From contig JBDTZG010000002.1 of NCBI GenBank assembly GCA_040005235.1, positions 1-64,000 of the forward strand: DNA of 64,000 bases, given 5' to 3'. Under the pieces are notes generated by a model. That model had not been told where the DNA came from, ran no database searches, and saw only the letters and a list, made by a program, of their open reading frames with translations. This document shows, in pieces, positions 1 through 10,389 of the stretch. The translations under genes were made by a program, and so were the position numbers. Position 1 is the stretch's first letter; every line of letters starts with the position of its first letter. Source of the stretch: Acidobacteriota bacterium (GTDB lineage: Bacteria > Acidobacteriota > Thermoanaerobaculia > Multivoradales > UBA5704).

Positions 1-130
1 AACCGGGGGCAACGCCCTGGGTTGGAAGAACCGGGGGCAACGCCCTGGGTTGGAAGAACCGGGGGCAACGCCCTGGGTTGGAAAATCCGGCAACGCCTGG
101 GTTGAAAAAACCGGCGGTAACGCCTCGGGG
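1..130. repeat. Tandem 28-bp REP-like palindromic repeats (AACCGGGGGCAACGCCCTGGGTTGGAAG x3, then degenerate copies)
   Basis: Units at 1, 29 and 57, then decayed copies; the core GGGGCAACGCCCTGGG is shared with repeats at 651-770. Confidence 0.8.
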
Positions 131-161
131 GTCCCGGGTTCATTTGACCGCGCGCCGTCGA

Positions 162-614
162 TTAATCCCAGACGTACCGTTCGTCGAATTCGATCCGGTG
201 GCGTTCCAGGAATTGTCGATATTCCTCCTGGAATGTCCTCGTGCGATGGTGCTCGCGTTGGTCGGCGATATACGCACGGACGGACTCTGCGTTGGATTCT
301 GAAACCGCGAAGGCTCCGTAACCGGTTTGCCAGGCGAACCCGACGAGCGCAGGCCACTGTATCTTGATCCATCTGGAGGACGACCTCTTCACATCCTTGA
401 CGGCTTGACTGACGGATACCGTTCGGGCGAGGTCGAAGAGAAGGTGGATGTGGTCCTCGACAGAGTTGATGAGCAAGGGGGCGCAGCCAAGGTTTTTCAA
501 CACGGTGGCCATATAGGCGTGCAAAGAATCGCGTATGCCATCGGTGATCAGGGGTTCACGATTCTTGGTGCTGAACACGAGGTGGATGTGAAGTCGGGCC
601 AAAGAATGTGGCAT
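162..614 (-). mobile_element. tnpA: IS200/IS605-family Y1 (HUH) transposase TnpA, REP-associated-like
   Basis: HIHLVFSTKNR, HUH motif EDHIHLL, WQTGYGAFAVS, YIADQREHH; start at MPHSL (ATG 614); no tnpB. Confidence 0.9.
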
Positions 615-650
615 GGCTTGGGTCGCCTCTTGAAGAAACCGGATTTCCGA

Positions 651-770
651 CCCAGGGCGTTGCCCCGGGCTGCCTTGGGCTGCCCCTTCGGGGCGGGCGT
701 CGTCGCAACATCGGCCCATTTTTCCCGCCCCAACGGGGCGGCCCAAGGTAGCCCGGGGCAACGCCCTGGG
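651..770. repeat. Inverted REP pair (REPIN-like)
   Basis: 651-695 CCCAGGGCGTTGCCCCGGGCTGCCTTGGGCTGCCCCTTCGGGGCG is the near reverse complement of 726-770. Confidence 0.8.
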
Positions 771-801
771 TTCCGAGGCAGCCAAGACATGAAGGGGCGA
801 T

Positions 802-2100
802 TCAACGCAACCCCGAAGGCAACCTCGGCGAAGAAATCAGCTCCCCAAATACCTGCCACCGCTTTTCCGGGTCGCCACCACTCTTTCCTTCGACGTAGGT
901 CCGGACCAAATCCCGGCCCAGGTTGTAGTTGATGACGTAGCTCCGGTAGGTGTCGAAGAAGGAGACGCGCTGTTTGGAGCGGGCGTTGGAGGAGAGGGCG
1001 TAGCGCTCCAGCCACTTGACGGTTTGGGGGGCGTCGGTTTCTCCATCCAGGTAGCGGCGGGCGGCGGTGTTTCCGGCGTAGTCGAGCTTGCCGACGAGGT
1101 GGAGAATCTCGGTGTAGTGCTCGGTTTCTTTCGGGTCGAGGCCGGCGATTGGATAGAGGACGTCGCGCTCGAAGGCGGTCCGTTCGGTTCCGGGGAACGC
1201 GACTTCGATGCCGTAGTTCGCCGTCCCTTCGGCGATCAGCGATTGGGGCGAGAAGAGGGGGTAGACCGTGAACTCGGCCCAGCCGCGATCGCGGACTAGG
1301 GTTTGTTCGAGCAGCGCGTTGTAGACGTGGTGGCCGGGATAGCCTTCGTGGCAGGCGAGGTCGATCGCCCGGTCGATCAGGATCGGCAGCTCGGTGTTCA
1401 CCTGGATCAGGCTGTGGAGGTCGCCCTTGTACCAGTTGTAGGCGCTCCACGGTTTGCCTTTCACGTACTCGACCTCGAAGCTCTCGTTAGGTGGAAGCGG
1501 CAGGTGGGCGAGTGTCCTCGCGCGGCATTCGTGGATCGCGGCCTGGAAGACGGCGTCCAGCTTGTCGGCAGGAATCGTGAATCGGTCGCGGAACGCCTGG
1601 ATGCGGTCGCCCAAAGGGCCGGTGCCCGGCACCGTGCGTTCCAGCTCGGCGAGCACGGGATCGAAATCCTTCTCGGTCTGCTTCGGCGCCACCGCGTCGT
1701 AGAGCGCGAGCGACTCTTCGTCGAACGTCCGCTTCTTACCCTCCAGCTGCTCCACGTGGGCGATCAGCGAGCCGAGCTGGTGTTCGAGGTAAGCGTGGCG
1801 CAGGTCGATCAGCGGATCGTCCTGGGCGGACGAAATTCCGGCGAGGCCGGCGCGCAAGCGTTCGGCGCGGGTGCGGATCTCGATGAGGGGCAGCTTCTCT
1901 GCTTCGACCTCGGTGCGCACTTTGGGTGGACCGTAGTAGGCGTCGACGTAGTTTCCGTCGTGGACCCCCACGGCGAGCACGAGACGAACATAGGCGCGGG
2001 CGGTGTCGTCCATCGCGGAGGCTCCGGAGTGGGTGGGTGCGGGAGAGGTGCAGGCGGCGAGGAGGGCGACGGGCAGGAGGAGAGAGAAGATCAATCGCAT
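802..2100 (-). CDS. Lipoprotein, DUF885-like putative Zn peptidase
   Basis: Lipobox LLAAC after MRLIFSLLL; HEGYPGHH and AEGTANY motifs. Confidence 0.7.
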   Translation of the reverse strand: MRLIFSLLLPVALLAACTSPAPTHSGASAMDDTARAYVRLVLAVGVHDGNYVDAYYGPPKVRTEVEAEKLPLIEIRTRAERLRAGLAGISSAQDDPLIDLRHAYLEHQLGSLIAHVEQLEGKKRTFDEESLALYDAVAPKQTEKDFDPVLAELERTVPGTGPLGDRIQAFRDRFTIPADKLDAVFQAAIHECRARTLAHLPLPPNESFEVEYVKGKPWSAYNWYKGDLHSLIQVNTELPILIDRAIDLACHEGYPGHHVYNALLEQTLVRDRGWAEFTVYPLFSPQSLIAEGTANYGIEVAFPGTERTAFERDVLYPIAGLDPKETEHYTEILHLVGKLDYAGNTAARRYLDGETDAPQTVKWLERYALSSNARSKQRVSFFDTYRSYVINYNLGRDLVRTYVEGKSGGDPEKRWQVFGELISSPRLPSGLR

Positions 2101-2108
2101 GGCGGAGA

Positions 2109-2378
2109 TCAATACTCCAAAAACGCGTCGTCCGGGTAGCAGTAGAGCCAGCGCTCGCCGCGTTCGGCCGAGGCGATCACTCGGTGGCCGCTGTCGTGGG
2201 CGTGGTGGCTCGCGTGCTGGTTCGGCGAGCTGTCGCAGCAGAGGGTGACGCCGCACTCCTGGCAGGTCCGCAGATGGACCCACCGGCCGCCGATTTTCAC
2301 GCACTCGGCGCACTCGTGCTTCTTTGGGTGGACGACCTTCTTGATGGCGTCGAGATGGCCGCAGGATCCTTCCGGCAT
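2109..2378 (-). CDS. UBP-type zinc finger protein
   Basis: CGH...CAEC...WVHLRTCQECGVTLCCDSSPNQHASHH. Confidence 0.85.
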   Translation of the reverse strand: MPEGSCGHLDAIKKVVHPKKHECAECVKIGGRWVHLRTCQECGVTLCCDSSPNQHASHHAHDSGHRVIASAERGERWLYCYPDDAFLEY

Positions 2379-2387
2379 TTTCCTCTC

Positions 2388-4058
2388 CTACTCGTGGAGC
2401 ACCTGGTGGACGAAGGAGACGGCGATCGATCCTTCGCCGACGGCAGAGGCCACTCGTTTGATGCTGCCGGAGCGGACGTCGCCCACCGCGAAGACTCCGG
2501 GCAGGTTCGTCTCCAGCAGGTGGGGCGGCCGGGCGAACGGCCAGCGGGCGTCGCGCAGTTCCTCCGGCGACAGGTTCGATCCTGTCTTGATGAAGCCTTT
2601 CGCATCGCGGGCGACGCAGCCGTTGAGCCATTCGGTGCTGGGGATCGCGCCGGTCATCAGGAAGACGTGGCCGATGTCGTGGGTTTCGACCTTGTCCGTC
2701 TCGTTGTCTTTCATCTGAACCCGTTCGAGCCGCTGGTCACCTTCCAGGGCGACAATCTCGGTGCGCGTGCGCAGCTCGATTTTCGGACTGTCCTCGATCC
2801 GGCGGATCAAATAGCGCGACATGGTCTCGGCGAGGCCGGTCTTGCGGACCAGCATGTAGACCTTCCGCGCCGTTTGAGCCAGGAACACCGCGGCCTGGCC
2901 GGCGGAGTTGCCTCCTCCGACGACGATCACCTCGTCGTCGCCGCAGACCTTCGCTTCGATGAACGTCGCGCCGTAGTAGATGCCGGAGCCTTCGAACCGC
3001 GAAAGATTTTCGAGATCCGGCCGGCGGTACTCGGCGCCCGACGCGATGATCACCGAACGGGCGCGGATGCGGGTGCCGTCATGCAACTCCAAGACGTAGG
3101 GTTTCCGTTCGCAGGAGAGGTGCTTGGCGCTCGTCGCAACCATCAGCTCGGCGCCGAACTTCTGAGATTGGGTGTAGGCGCGCCCAGCCAGCTCCTGCCC
3201 GGAGATGCCGGTGGGAAAGCCAAGGTAGTTCTCGATCTTCGAGGACGAGCCTGCCTGTCCACCCGGCGCGTTGGTTTCGAGGACCAGGACCTCCAGCCCT
3301 TCCGAAGCGCCGTAGACCGCCGCCGCGAGCCCGGCCGGGCCGGCGCCGATCACCACCAGATCGCGGATCCCGCTCGGATCGATCGAATCGTTGAAGCCGA
3401 GACAATCGGCGATCGTCTCATTGCTTGGATTGCGAAGCACCGTCTCGCCCCGGCAGATCAGGACGGGGATGTCGGCAAACGCGACGTGGAAACGATCGAG
3501 CAGTTGTTGGACGTCGTCCTCCTGGTCGAGGTCGATGAAAGCATAGGGGTGGCTGTTGCGGGTGAGAAACTCCTGAATGCGCAACGTCCCCGAGCAGTGC
3601 ATCGAACCGATGAGCACGACGTCGCCGAGGCCTTGGGCGAGCAGGTCCACGCGGCGCAAAATGAAAGCGCGGAGGAAGATCTCGCCCAGCTCGGAATCGT
3701 TCTGCACGAGGTCGAGCAGCTCGTCGTGATCCAGCTCGATCACCGAGCCCGGTTCGCCGAAGCGGGCGCGGACGAGCGAAGGGCGGCCCGAAAGCATGTT
3801 GATCTCGCCGGTGAACTGGCCCGGCTCATGGACGACGACGATCGTCTCCGCCGCACCGAACAGGCGGACGATCTCGATCGTGCCGGATGTGACGACGAAG
3901 AACGGTACTTTGCGGTCACCGGCCTCGATCAGCACCTCACCGCGCTCGCCTTGACGATTCTTGCCGTGGGCGGCGACGCGTTCGATCTGCTCGGCGGTGA
4001 GGTCGGGGAAAATCTGCTCGGGGCGCGTGGAGGCGGCGAGGGGGGCGGGATCGGTCAT
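2388..4058 (-). CDS. cNMP-binding domain + thioredoxin reductase-like FAD oxidoreductase
   Basis: N-terminal GQFTGE cNMP fold; GAGPAG, GGQAGSSSKIENYLGFP, GGGNSA, FAVGDVR. Confidence 0.88.
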   Translation of the reverse strand: MTDPAPLAASTRPEQIFPDLTAEQIERVAAHGKNRQGERGEVLIEAGDRKVPFFVVTSGTIEIVRLFGAAETIVVVHEPGQFTGEINMLSGRPSLVRARFGEPGSVIELDHDELLDLVQNDSELGEIFLRAFILRRVDLLAQGLGDVVLIGSMHCSGTLRIQEFLTRNSHPYAFIDLDQEDDVQQLLDRFHVAFADIPVLICRGETVLRNPSNETIADCLGFNDSIDPSGIRDLVVIGAGPAGLAAAVYGASEGLEVLVLETNAPGGQAGSSSKIENYLGFPTGISGQELAGRAYTQSQKFGAELMVATSAKHLSCERKPYVLELHDGTRIRARSVIIASGAEYRRPDLENLSRFEGSGIYYGATFIEAKVCGDDEVIVVGGGNSAGQAAVFLAQTARKVYMLVRKTGLAETMSRYLIRRIEDSPKIELRTRTEIVALEGDQRLERVQMKDNETDKVETHDIGHVFLMTGAIPSTEWLNGCVARDAKGFIKTGSNLSPEELRDARWPFARPPHLLETNLPGVFAVGDVRSGSIKRVASAVGEGSIAVSFVHQVLHE

Positions 4059-4156
4059 GGCCGGACCAAAATACCATGGCGAGAGAGGCGGCCACAGGGG
4101 GCCGCCCCTAGGTCCCAACGCGATGGTTTGGAATCCGGCTTGGGCGAAAACCGCCC

Positions 4157-4492
4157 TTACATCTTGGTGGCGACGGCAGCGATCGAATCGACCTTGATCG
4201 ACGTTCCGGTGAGGGTTCCGGTGACCGTGACCTCGTGGCCGACGTGGGAGAGGGCGAGATCGGTCTTGTCGATGTCGTAGACCTTCTGATCGGCGTTGTT
4301 GTAGAAGACCACCTTGCCGTCTTTCTCATGGGCGCACTTCTCGGCGCAGGCTTTCGTGTGCTTGGCGTTCGCGCCTTTGGCTCCGCAATGGCTGTCGGTG
4401 ATCCAGCCGGTCCAGGTGTCGGCCGCGAAGGACGGGGCGGCGAGAATTAGGGCGAGGGCGAAGACGAGCGAGAAGGACGTGAGCTTGCGCAT
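4157..4492 (-). CDS. Small secreted Cys/His-containing protein
   Basis: Signal peptide ending PSFA; TGWITDSHCG...CAEKC; SD AGGGAG upstream. Confidence 0.7.
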   Translation of the reverse strand: MRKLTSFSLVFALALILAAPSFAADTWTGWITDSHCGAKGANAKHTKACAEKCAHEKDGKVVFYNNADQKVYDIDKTDLALSHVGHEVTVTGTLTGTSIKVDSIAAVATKM

Positions 4493-4691
4493 GAAGGTGT
4501 TCTCCCTTTTTGGTTCGGAACCGAGCCCGCGATCTGTGGGTTCGACAGGGAGGAGTGCAGCAGGTTGCATGCCAGGCGCTCCCCCTCCGCCGGTCGTCGC
4601 GGGAATGCCGAATTGACCGGGGAGCGCCGGAGCGACGCCCCGGTTATGATGCCGAGAACGTCTCCCTGTGGCGAGGCGAGGAGGAGGAACG

Positions 4692-5690
4692 ATGCAAATC
4701 GGCATGATCGGCTTGGGGCGGATGGGGGCCAATATGACCCGCCGCCTCCTGCGTGGCGGGCATTCGGTGGTGGTCTACGACTTGAATCCAGGCGTGGTCG
4801 CCGCCCTGGCGGCAGAGGGGGCCGTCGGCTCCGCCTCTCTCGACGAGTTGGTGGCGAAGCTTGAAGCGCCGCGCGCGGTCTGGTTGATGGTCCCTTCGGG
4901 CGACCCGACCGAAAAGATGGTCGAAGCGTTGGCCGGCAAGCTTTCGGCGGGCGATGCGATCGTCGATGGCGGAAACTCCTTCTTCAAGGACGACGTGCGC
5001 CGCTCGCGCGCGCTCGAAGCCAAGGGAGTGCACTATCTCGACGCGGGAACCAGCGGCGGCGTCTGGGGTTTGGAGCGCGGGTACTGCCTGATGATCGGCG
5101 GCGACCGGGCGTCCTACGAGCGGCTGGAGCCGATCTTCTCGACCCTCGCCCCCGGGCGCGGCGAGATCGCGCCTTCGGCCGGGCGCGAAGGGCGGAAGAG
5201 CACGGCCGAAGAGGGATACCTCTATTGCGGCGTCGCCGGAGCCGGGCATTTCGTCAAGATGATCCACAACGGCATCGAGTACGGCTTGATGCAGGCGTAC
5301 GCCGAAGGGTTCGACATCCTGAAGAGCGCGGCGCTCGAACGGGTGCCCGCGGACCAGCGCTACGAATTCGACCTCGCCGACGTCGCCGAGCTTTGGCGCC
5401 GCGGCAGCGTCGTCACCTCCTGGCTGCTCGACCTGTCGGCGATCGCGTTTGCCGAAAGCCCCGAGCTGTCCGAATATGCCGGCACGGTCGAGGACTCCGG
5501 AGAAGGGCGCTGGACGGTCACCACCGCGATCGAGGAGGCCGTCCCCGTCGACGTGCTCTCCGCCGCGCTCTACGCCCGTTTCCGCTCGCGCCAAGAGCAC
5601 ACGTTCGCTGAGAAGGTGCTGTCCGCGATGCGCAAGAAATTCGGCGGCCACGTAGAAAAACCTGCCGCCCCGGCGCAGCCGGGAAAGTGA
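4692..5690 (+). CDS. gnd: 6-phosphogluconate dehydrogenase, decarboxylating (short type)
   Basis: [37 protein letters not shown]; SD GGAGG. Confidence 0.95.
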   Translation: MQIGMIGLGRMGANMTRRLLRGGHSVVVYDLNPGVVAALAAEGAVGSASLDELVAKLEAPRAVWLMVPSGDPTEKMVEALAGKLSAGDAIVDGGNSFFKDDVRRSRALEAKGVHYLDAGTSGGVWGLERGYCLMIGGDRASYERLEPIFSTLAPGRGEIAPSAGREGRKSTAEEGYLYCGVAGAGHFVKMIHNGIEYGLMQAYAEGFDILKSAALERVPADQRYEFDLADVAELWRRGSVVTSWLLDLSAIAFAESPELSEYAGTVEDSGEGRWTVTTAIEEAVPVDVLSAALYARFRSRQEHTFAEKVLSAMRKKFGGHVEKPAAPAQPGK

Positions 5691-5703
5691 CGAGGAGCCT
5701 GAC

Positions 5704-7272
5704 GTGACCAAGAAGACGCCGGCCCCGGCCTCGAAACCTTCCGTGTCCGACCCGGAACGAGGAGCGCTGCTCGAATCTCCGGTCGAGGCGGTCGCCTCGC
5801 CGTGCCTCATGGTGATCTTCGGCGCGCTCGGCGATCTGACCAAGCGCAAGCTGATCCCCGCGCTCTACAACCTCGCGAGCAGCAAACTGCTGGCGCCGGA
5901 ATTCGCGGTCGTGGGCATCGGCCGCGACCCGCTCTCCGACGAGGCGTTCCGCGACCGGCTGCGCGCCGACTTGACCGAGTTCGCGACCGTGCCGATCGAA
6001 CCGGCGACCGCCGACTGGCTGTTCGAGCGGCTTCATTACGTCCCGGGCGATTTTACCGATCCCGACCTGTACGTGCGGCTCGGCAAACGCCTGACGGAAG
6101 TCGACGCCGAGCACGGCAATCACGGCGACTACCTATTTTATCTCGCGATCCCGCCGAGCTTTTTCGACGACGTGGTGGGCAACCTCGGCACCGCCGGGTT
6201 GCTCAAGGAAGCCGAAGGCCAGTGGCGCCGGCTGGTGGTCGAAAAGCCGTTCGGCCGCGACGTCGAGTCGGCCCGGGCGCTCAACAAAATGGTCGGCGAG
6301 CAGGTGCGCGAGGATCAGATCTATCGCATCGATCACTACCTGGGCAAAGAGACGGTCCAAAACATCATGGCGTTTCGCTTCGCCAACGGCATCTTCGAAC
6401 CGATCTGGAACCGGCGCTACATCGACCACGTCCAGATCACCGTGGCAGAAAACGTCGGCGTCGAAGAGCGCGGCACCTACTACGAGGAAGCCGGCGCGTT
6501 GCGCGACATGGTGGCGAACCACATGTTCCAGATCCTCGCGCTGATCGCGATGGAGCCGCCGATCTCGTTCGCCGGCAACGCCGTGCGCGACGAGCGGGTG
6601 AAGGTTCTGCAGGCGATCCATCCGCTCACGCCGGAGTCCGTGCTCACCGACGCGGTGCGCGGGCAATATCGCGAAGGGGTGCTCCAGGGTGAGAAGGTGC
6701 CGGCCTATCGGGCGGAGGCGAAGGTCTCGCCGGCATCGAACACCGAGACCTTTGTGGCGGTCAAGCTCACGCTCGACAATTGGCGCTTCGCCGACGTGCC
6801 GTTCTACCTGCGGACCGGCAAGCGATTGCCCAAGCGGGTGAGCGAGGTGGCGATCCAATTCAAGCGCGCGCCGTTCATCCTGTTCCGCGAGACGCCGGTC
6901 GAGCAGCTGAACCCGAACCTGCTGGTGCTGCACATCCAGCCCGACGAAGGGATCTCGCTCCGCTTCGAAGGGAAGGTCCCGGGTCCGTCGCTCAAGCTCG
7001 GCACCGTGCGCATGGCGTTCAACTACGCCGATTATTTCGGCGCGCGCCCGACCACCGGTTACGAAACTCTCCTCTACGACGCGATGACCGGCGATTCGAC
7101 CCTCTTTCTGCGCAGCGACATGGTCGAGGCCGGTTGGCAGGCGGTGCAGCCGATCCTCGACGTCTGGGGCGCGCTCTCGCCGCGCAGCTTCCCGAACTAC
7201 GACTCCGGATCGTGGGGGCCGAAAGACGCGAACGATCTGATCGAGCGCGACGGCCGGAAGTGGCGGACGTAG
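5704..7272 (+). CDS. zwf: Glucose-6-phosphate 1-dehydrogenase
   Basis: [29 protein letters not shown]. Confidence 0.97.
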   Translation: MTKKTPAPASKPSVSDPERGALLESPVEAVASPCLMVIFGALGDLTKRKLIPALYNLASSKLLAPEFAVVGIGRDPLSDEAFRDRLRADLTEFATVPIEPATADWLFERLHYVPGDFTDPDLYVRLGKRLTEVDAEHGNHGDYLFYLAIPPSFFDDVVGNLGTAGLLKEAEGQWRRLVVEKPFGRDVESARALNKMVGEQVREDQIYRIDHYLGKETVQNIMAFRFANGIFEPIWNRRYIDHVQITVAENVGVEERGTYYEEAGALRDMVANHMFQILALIAMEPPISFAGNAVRDERVKVLQAIHPLTPESVLTDAVRGQYREGVLQGEKVPAYRAEAKVSPASNTETFVAVKLTLDNWRFADVPFYLRTGKRLPKRVSEVAIQFKRAPFILFRETPVEQLNPNLLVLHIQPDEGISLRFEGKVPGPSLKLGTVRMAFNYADYFGARPTTGYETLLYDAMTGDSTLFLRSDMVEAGWQAVQPILDVWGALSPRSFPNYDSGSWGPKDANDLIERDGRKWRT

Positions 7273-7294
7273 CGCGGAGATCGAATCGAGAAAT

Positions 7295-7328
7295 GTAGGG
7301 GCGGCCCGGCGGCTCTACGTGGCCGCCC
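7295..7328. repeat. GTAG-type REP-like palindrome
   Basis: GTAGGGGCGGCC...GGCCGCCC between zwf and pgl. Confidence 0.45.
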
Positions 7329-7351
7329 AGATGTTTTGGATTGGGGGGATC

Positions 7352-8155
7352 ATGGAAGAGCTGACCCGAGTGGGCGAGCACGGCGCAACGAGGGTGATGA
7401 TCGCGGCCGATCGGGAAGAGCTGGCGCGCACCGCCGCTGAGCAACTCGTCCGTTCCGCGGCGCGCGCGGTGGCGGCGCGCGGACGCTTCAGTCTCGCTCT
7501 TTCGGGTGGCTCGACGCCGCGCGATTTGTACCACCTGCTGGCCCAAGAGCCCTTGGCGGCCGCGATGCCTTGGAGCGGCGTCCATCTGTTCTGGGGCGAC
7601 GAGCGGTGCGTGCCGCCGGATCACGAAGAGAGCAACTTCCGGATGGTGCGCGAGGCTCTGCTCGAAGCGCAGCTCGATCCGAATAAGCGACCGTCGATCC
7701 CGGCCGAAAACATCCACCGGATCGAAACCGAGCTGCCCGATCCGGCCGAGGCCGCCGCGCGCTACGAGGCCGATCTACGAGCGTTTTTCGGGCTTAAAGG
7801 TACGGAGGCGCCGCGCTTCGATCTCGTCCTCCTTGGGCTTGGGACCGATGGCCACACCGCCTCTCTCTTTCCCGGCACGGGCGCCGTCGCGATCTCCGAC
7901 CGGCTCTGCTTTGCTCTCTGGGTCGAGCGCCTCGCCACCTGGCGCATCACGCTCTCGCTGCCGGTGTTTCTCGCGGCGCGGAGCGTCGCGTTTCTCGCCG
8001 CGGGCATAGACAAAGCCGAGAAGATCCAGGCGATTCTCGGCGAGGACGCGCCGCGTCTGCCGCCCGACGAGTTGCCCGCGGCGGCCGTCCGGCCGACGAT
8101 GGGCGAGCTCACCTGGTGGCTCGATCGCGACGCGGCGAGCCGGCTTGCACGCTGA
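7352..8155 (+). CDS. pgl: 6-phosphogluconolactonase
   Basis: LSGGSTP, WGDERCVP, LGLGTDGHTASLFP. Confidence 0.95.
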   Translation: MEELTRVGEHGATRVMIAADREELARTAAEQLVRSAARAVAARGRFSLALSGGSTPRDLYHLLAQEPLAAAMPWSGVHLFWGDERCVPPDHEESNFRMVREALLEAQLDPNKRPSIPAENIHRIETELPDPAEAAARYEADLRAFFGLKGTEAPRFDLVLLGLGTDGHTASLFPGTGAVAISDRLCFALWVERLATWRITLSLPVFLAARSVAFLAAGIDKAEKIQAILGEDAPRLPPDELPAAAVRPTMGELTWWLDRDAASRLAR

Positions 8156-8347
8156 GGTCTCGTAAGAGAAAAACCCAGGAAAACGCTGGCGGGAATGGCG
8201 GGTGGGAGTGGGGGGAAGGGTACTTGGCGAAGCTCGAAGGGGAGTGCCGGCAGCGGTGCTCCGCATTTGGGGAGCCGGCAGCTCCGGGAGGCTTTTAAAC
8301 GCGATCGAGCTGCGCCAAGGACCTCCGGAATCCCTCGATAAAGAGGC

Positions 8348-8623
8348 TTACTTCTTTGCAGCCGGAGCCTTGACGACGGTCTTCTTCGGAGCCGCAGCCT
8401 TCTTGGCCGGAGCAGCTTTCTTCGCAGGAGCCGCCGCAGCCTTCTTGGCCGGAGCAGCCTTCTTCGCAGGAGCCGCCGCAGCCTTCTTGGCCGGAGCCGC
8501 CTTCTTCGCCGGAGCCGCAGCCTTCTTGGCCGCCGGAGCGGCCTTCTTAGCAGCGGCCTTCTTCGGAGCAGCAGCTTTCTTCGGAGCAGCCTTCTTCGCA
8601 GCAGCTTTCTTCGCGGTCGCCAT
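8348..8623 (-). CDS. Histone H1-like Lys/Ala/Pro-rich DNA-binding protein
   Basis: Almost entirely PAKKAA repeats; SD AAAGGAG. Confidence 0.8.
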   Translation of the reverse strand: MATAKKAAAKKAAPKKAAAPKKAAAKKAAPAAKKAAAPAKKAAPAKKAAAAPAKKAAPAKKAAAAPAKKAAPAKKAAAPKKTVVKAPAAKK

Positions 8624-8958
8624 CGATACTCTCCTTTCAGGTGTCGGTGCCCGAATGTGGGCGGGAGGTCATGGAAAAAAGGTACGCCACAACATCTTGC
8701 GTGTCAAGAGGTTCGAACCTCAATCCTTAGTGACTCGGTGTAGCGCAAAGCGGGCGAGAGACTCCGGAAATTCAATTCGTCCATAGGCGGCCCTAAGGCG
8801 GAAAAGAGCCCATTTTTCCTTGGGTTTTAGCGACTGCCGCGGAGCGCGGATCGCGCCGCGATCGGCGGCCGGCGGGGCGCGCCGAGGTCTCGCGGCGACT
8901 TCGCCGACGAAGAAATTTTTTTGTGCGGAAGGAGGAAACGAGGGTGTGAAGCGCGTTT

Positions 8959-10389
8959 CTAGTAGGCGTTGTGGTGCTTGAAGCCGTGCCGCAGGGTCAT
9001 CCAAAGGATCTTGAAGTCGAGCGCGAGCGACCAATTCTCGATGTAGTAGAGGTCGTACTGGATGCGTTTTTTGATCGAGGTGTTGCCGCGCCAGCCGTGA
9101 ACCTGAGCCCAGCCGGTGATACCGGCCTTGACCCGATGGCGGAGCATGTACTGCGGGATTTTGTGTTTGAACTCGCGGACGAAGGTGGGACGTTCCGGGC
9201 GCGGTCCGATGATCGACATGTCGCCTACCAGCACGTTCCAGATCTGCGGCAGCTCGTCGATCGACCAGTGGCGGATGAAGCTGCCGACGCGCGTACGGCG
9301 AGGATCGTCTTTGATCGCCCAAACCGGACCGGTGGACGCTTCGGCGTCCGCGCGCATCGAGCGGAACTTGAGGATCATGAACGACTTTCCGTCCAGCCCC
9401 ATGCGCTCCTGGCGGTAGAAGATCGGGCCGCGATCTCCGAGCCAGATGGCGAGTGCCACGAGCGGCAGGAAGGGGAGCAGCAGGGCGAGCACGGCGGCCG
9501 CGATCGCCACGTCCATCGCGCGCTTGACCAGGCTGTTCCAACCCTGGAGCGGCACCTGCGACAGGTTGATGACCGGAGTGCCGTCGACGTCTTCGAGCGA
9601 GGCGTTGAGAGTGGCGTACTGGAGGATGTCGGGCACGAGCTTGATGTCGACGATCTCGTTGCCCATGCGCTGGAGGATCTGGAGCGTCTTGCGATACGCC
9701 TCGATCGGCAGTGCCACGTAGACGTGATCGATCGAGCGCTCCGCGATGATCTCTTCGGCCTGGCGTAGCGTGCCGAGCACGGGGACGCCGTCGATCTCGG
9801 TGCCCGTTTTGCCCGGGTCGTCGTCCAGGAAGCCGGCGATCTCAAACCCTAAGTCGCGATGCGCGATGAGCTTCTGGGTGATCTCGCGGCCGAGCACTCC
9901 CGCGCCGATCACCAGAATGCGCTGCAGGTTGTGGCCCGACAGGCGGATGCGGCGCAGCAACTGGCGCACGCCCATTCGCACGGAGGCCACGAACGTGAGA
10001 TCGAGCAGCGCGAACAGCGCGAGGAACGCGCGGCTGTAGGTGAAATATTCACGGCTGCCGGGGGCCGCCGGCGGCCGGTACCAAGCAATCACCACGGAGA
10101 GCAGGACGGCGGCGAGAAGCACGGCGACGACCAGGGTGAGGACCTCATCGACCCGGCTGCGCCCGCGGCGGCTCTGGTAGAGCCCGTGGAAATAGAACAC
10201 CACCGGCCAGAGCACCAGGACGAACGGCAGCAGCTGAAGGTAGGGAGAGAAATCCGGCACGCTCTTGGTGACCGGGATGACCTCCAGCTCGAAGCGGAGC
10301 ACCCAGGCGGCGAAGAACGCGACGACGGTGGCCACCAGGTCGGCGGCCAGGTAGAGACCCGCGGTCATGCGATGGCGTTGGCGAATCAC
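8959..10389 (-). CDS. Undecaprenyl-phosphate glucose phosphotransferase (WcaJ-like)
   Basis: TM helices, CoA-binding-like IGAG, KRAMD, KFRSM, SIDELPQ, GPRPE, GITGWAQV. Confidence 0.93.
   Translation of the reverse strand: MIRQRHRMTAGLYLAADLVATVVAFFAAWVLRFELEVIPVTKSVPDFSPYLQLLPFVLVLWPVVFYFHGLYQSRRGRSRVDEVLTLVVAVLLAAVLLSVVIAWYRPPAAPGSREYFTYSRAFLALFALLDLTFVASVRMGVRQLLRRIRLSGHNLQRILVIGAGVLGREITQKLIAHRDLGFEIAGFLDDDPGKTGTEIDGVPVLGTLRQAEEIIAERSIDHVYVALPIEAYRKTLQILQRMGNEIVDIKLVPDILQYATLNASLEDVDGTPVINLSQVPLQGWNSLVKRAMDVAIAAAVLALLLPFLPLVALAIWLGDRGPIFYRQERMGLDGKSFMILKFRSMRADAEASTGPVWAIKDDPRRTRVGSFIRHWSIDELPQIWNVLVGDMSIIGPRPERPTFVREFKHKIPQYMLRHRVKAGITGWAQVHGWRGNTSIKKRIQYDLYYIENWSLALDFKILWMTLRHGFKHHNAY

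Noticed and set aside
2101-2631. N-terminal extension making the DUF885-like ORF 609 aa
   Set aside because: It overlaps the UBP Zn-finger and reductase genes; the lipoprotein signal begins at 2100.
1926-4280. Long antisense ORFs (e.g. 1926..4280+, 28370..29974+, 31586..34051+)
   Set aside because: Shadow ORFs of high-GC genes that have clear motifs on the opposite strand.
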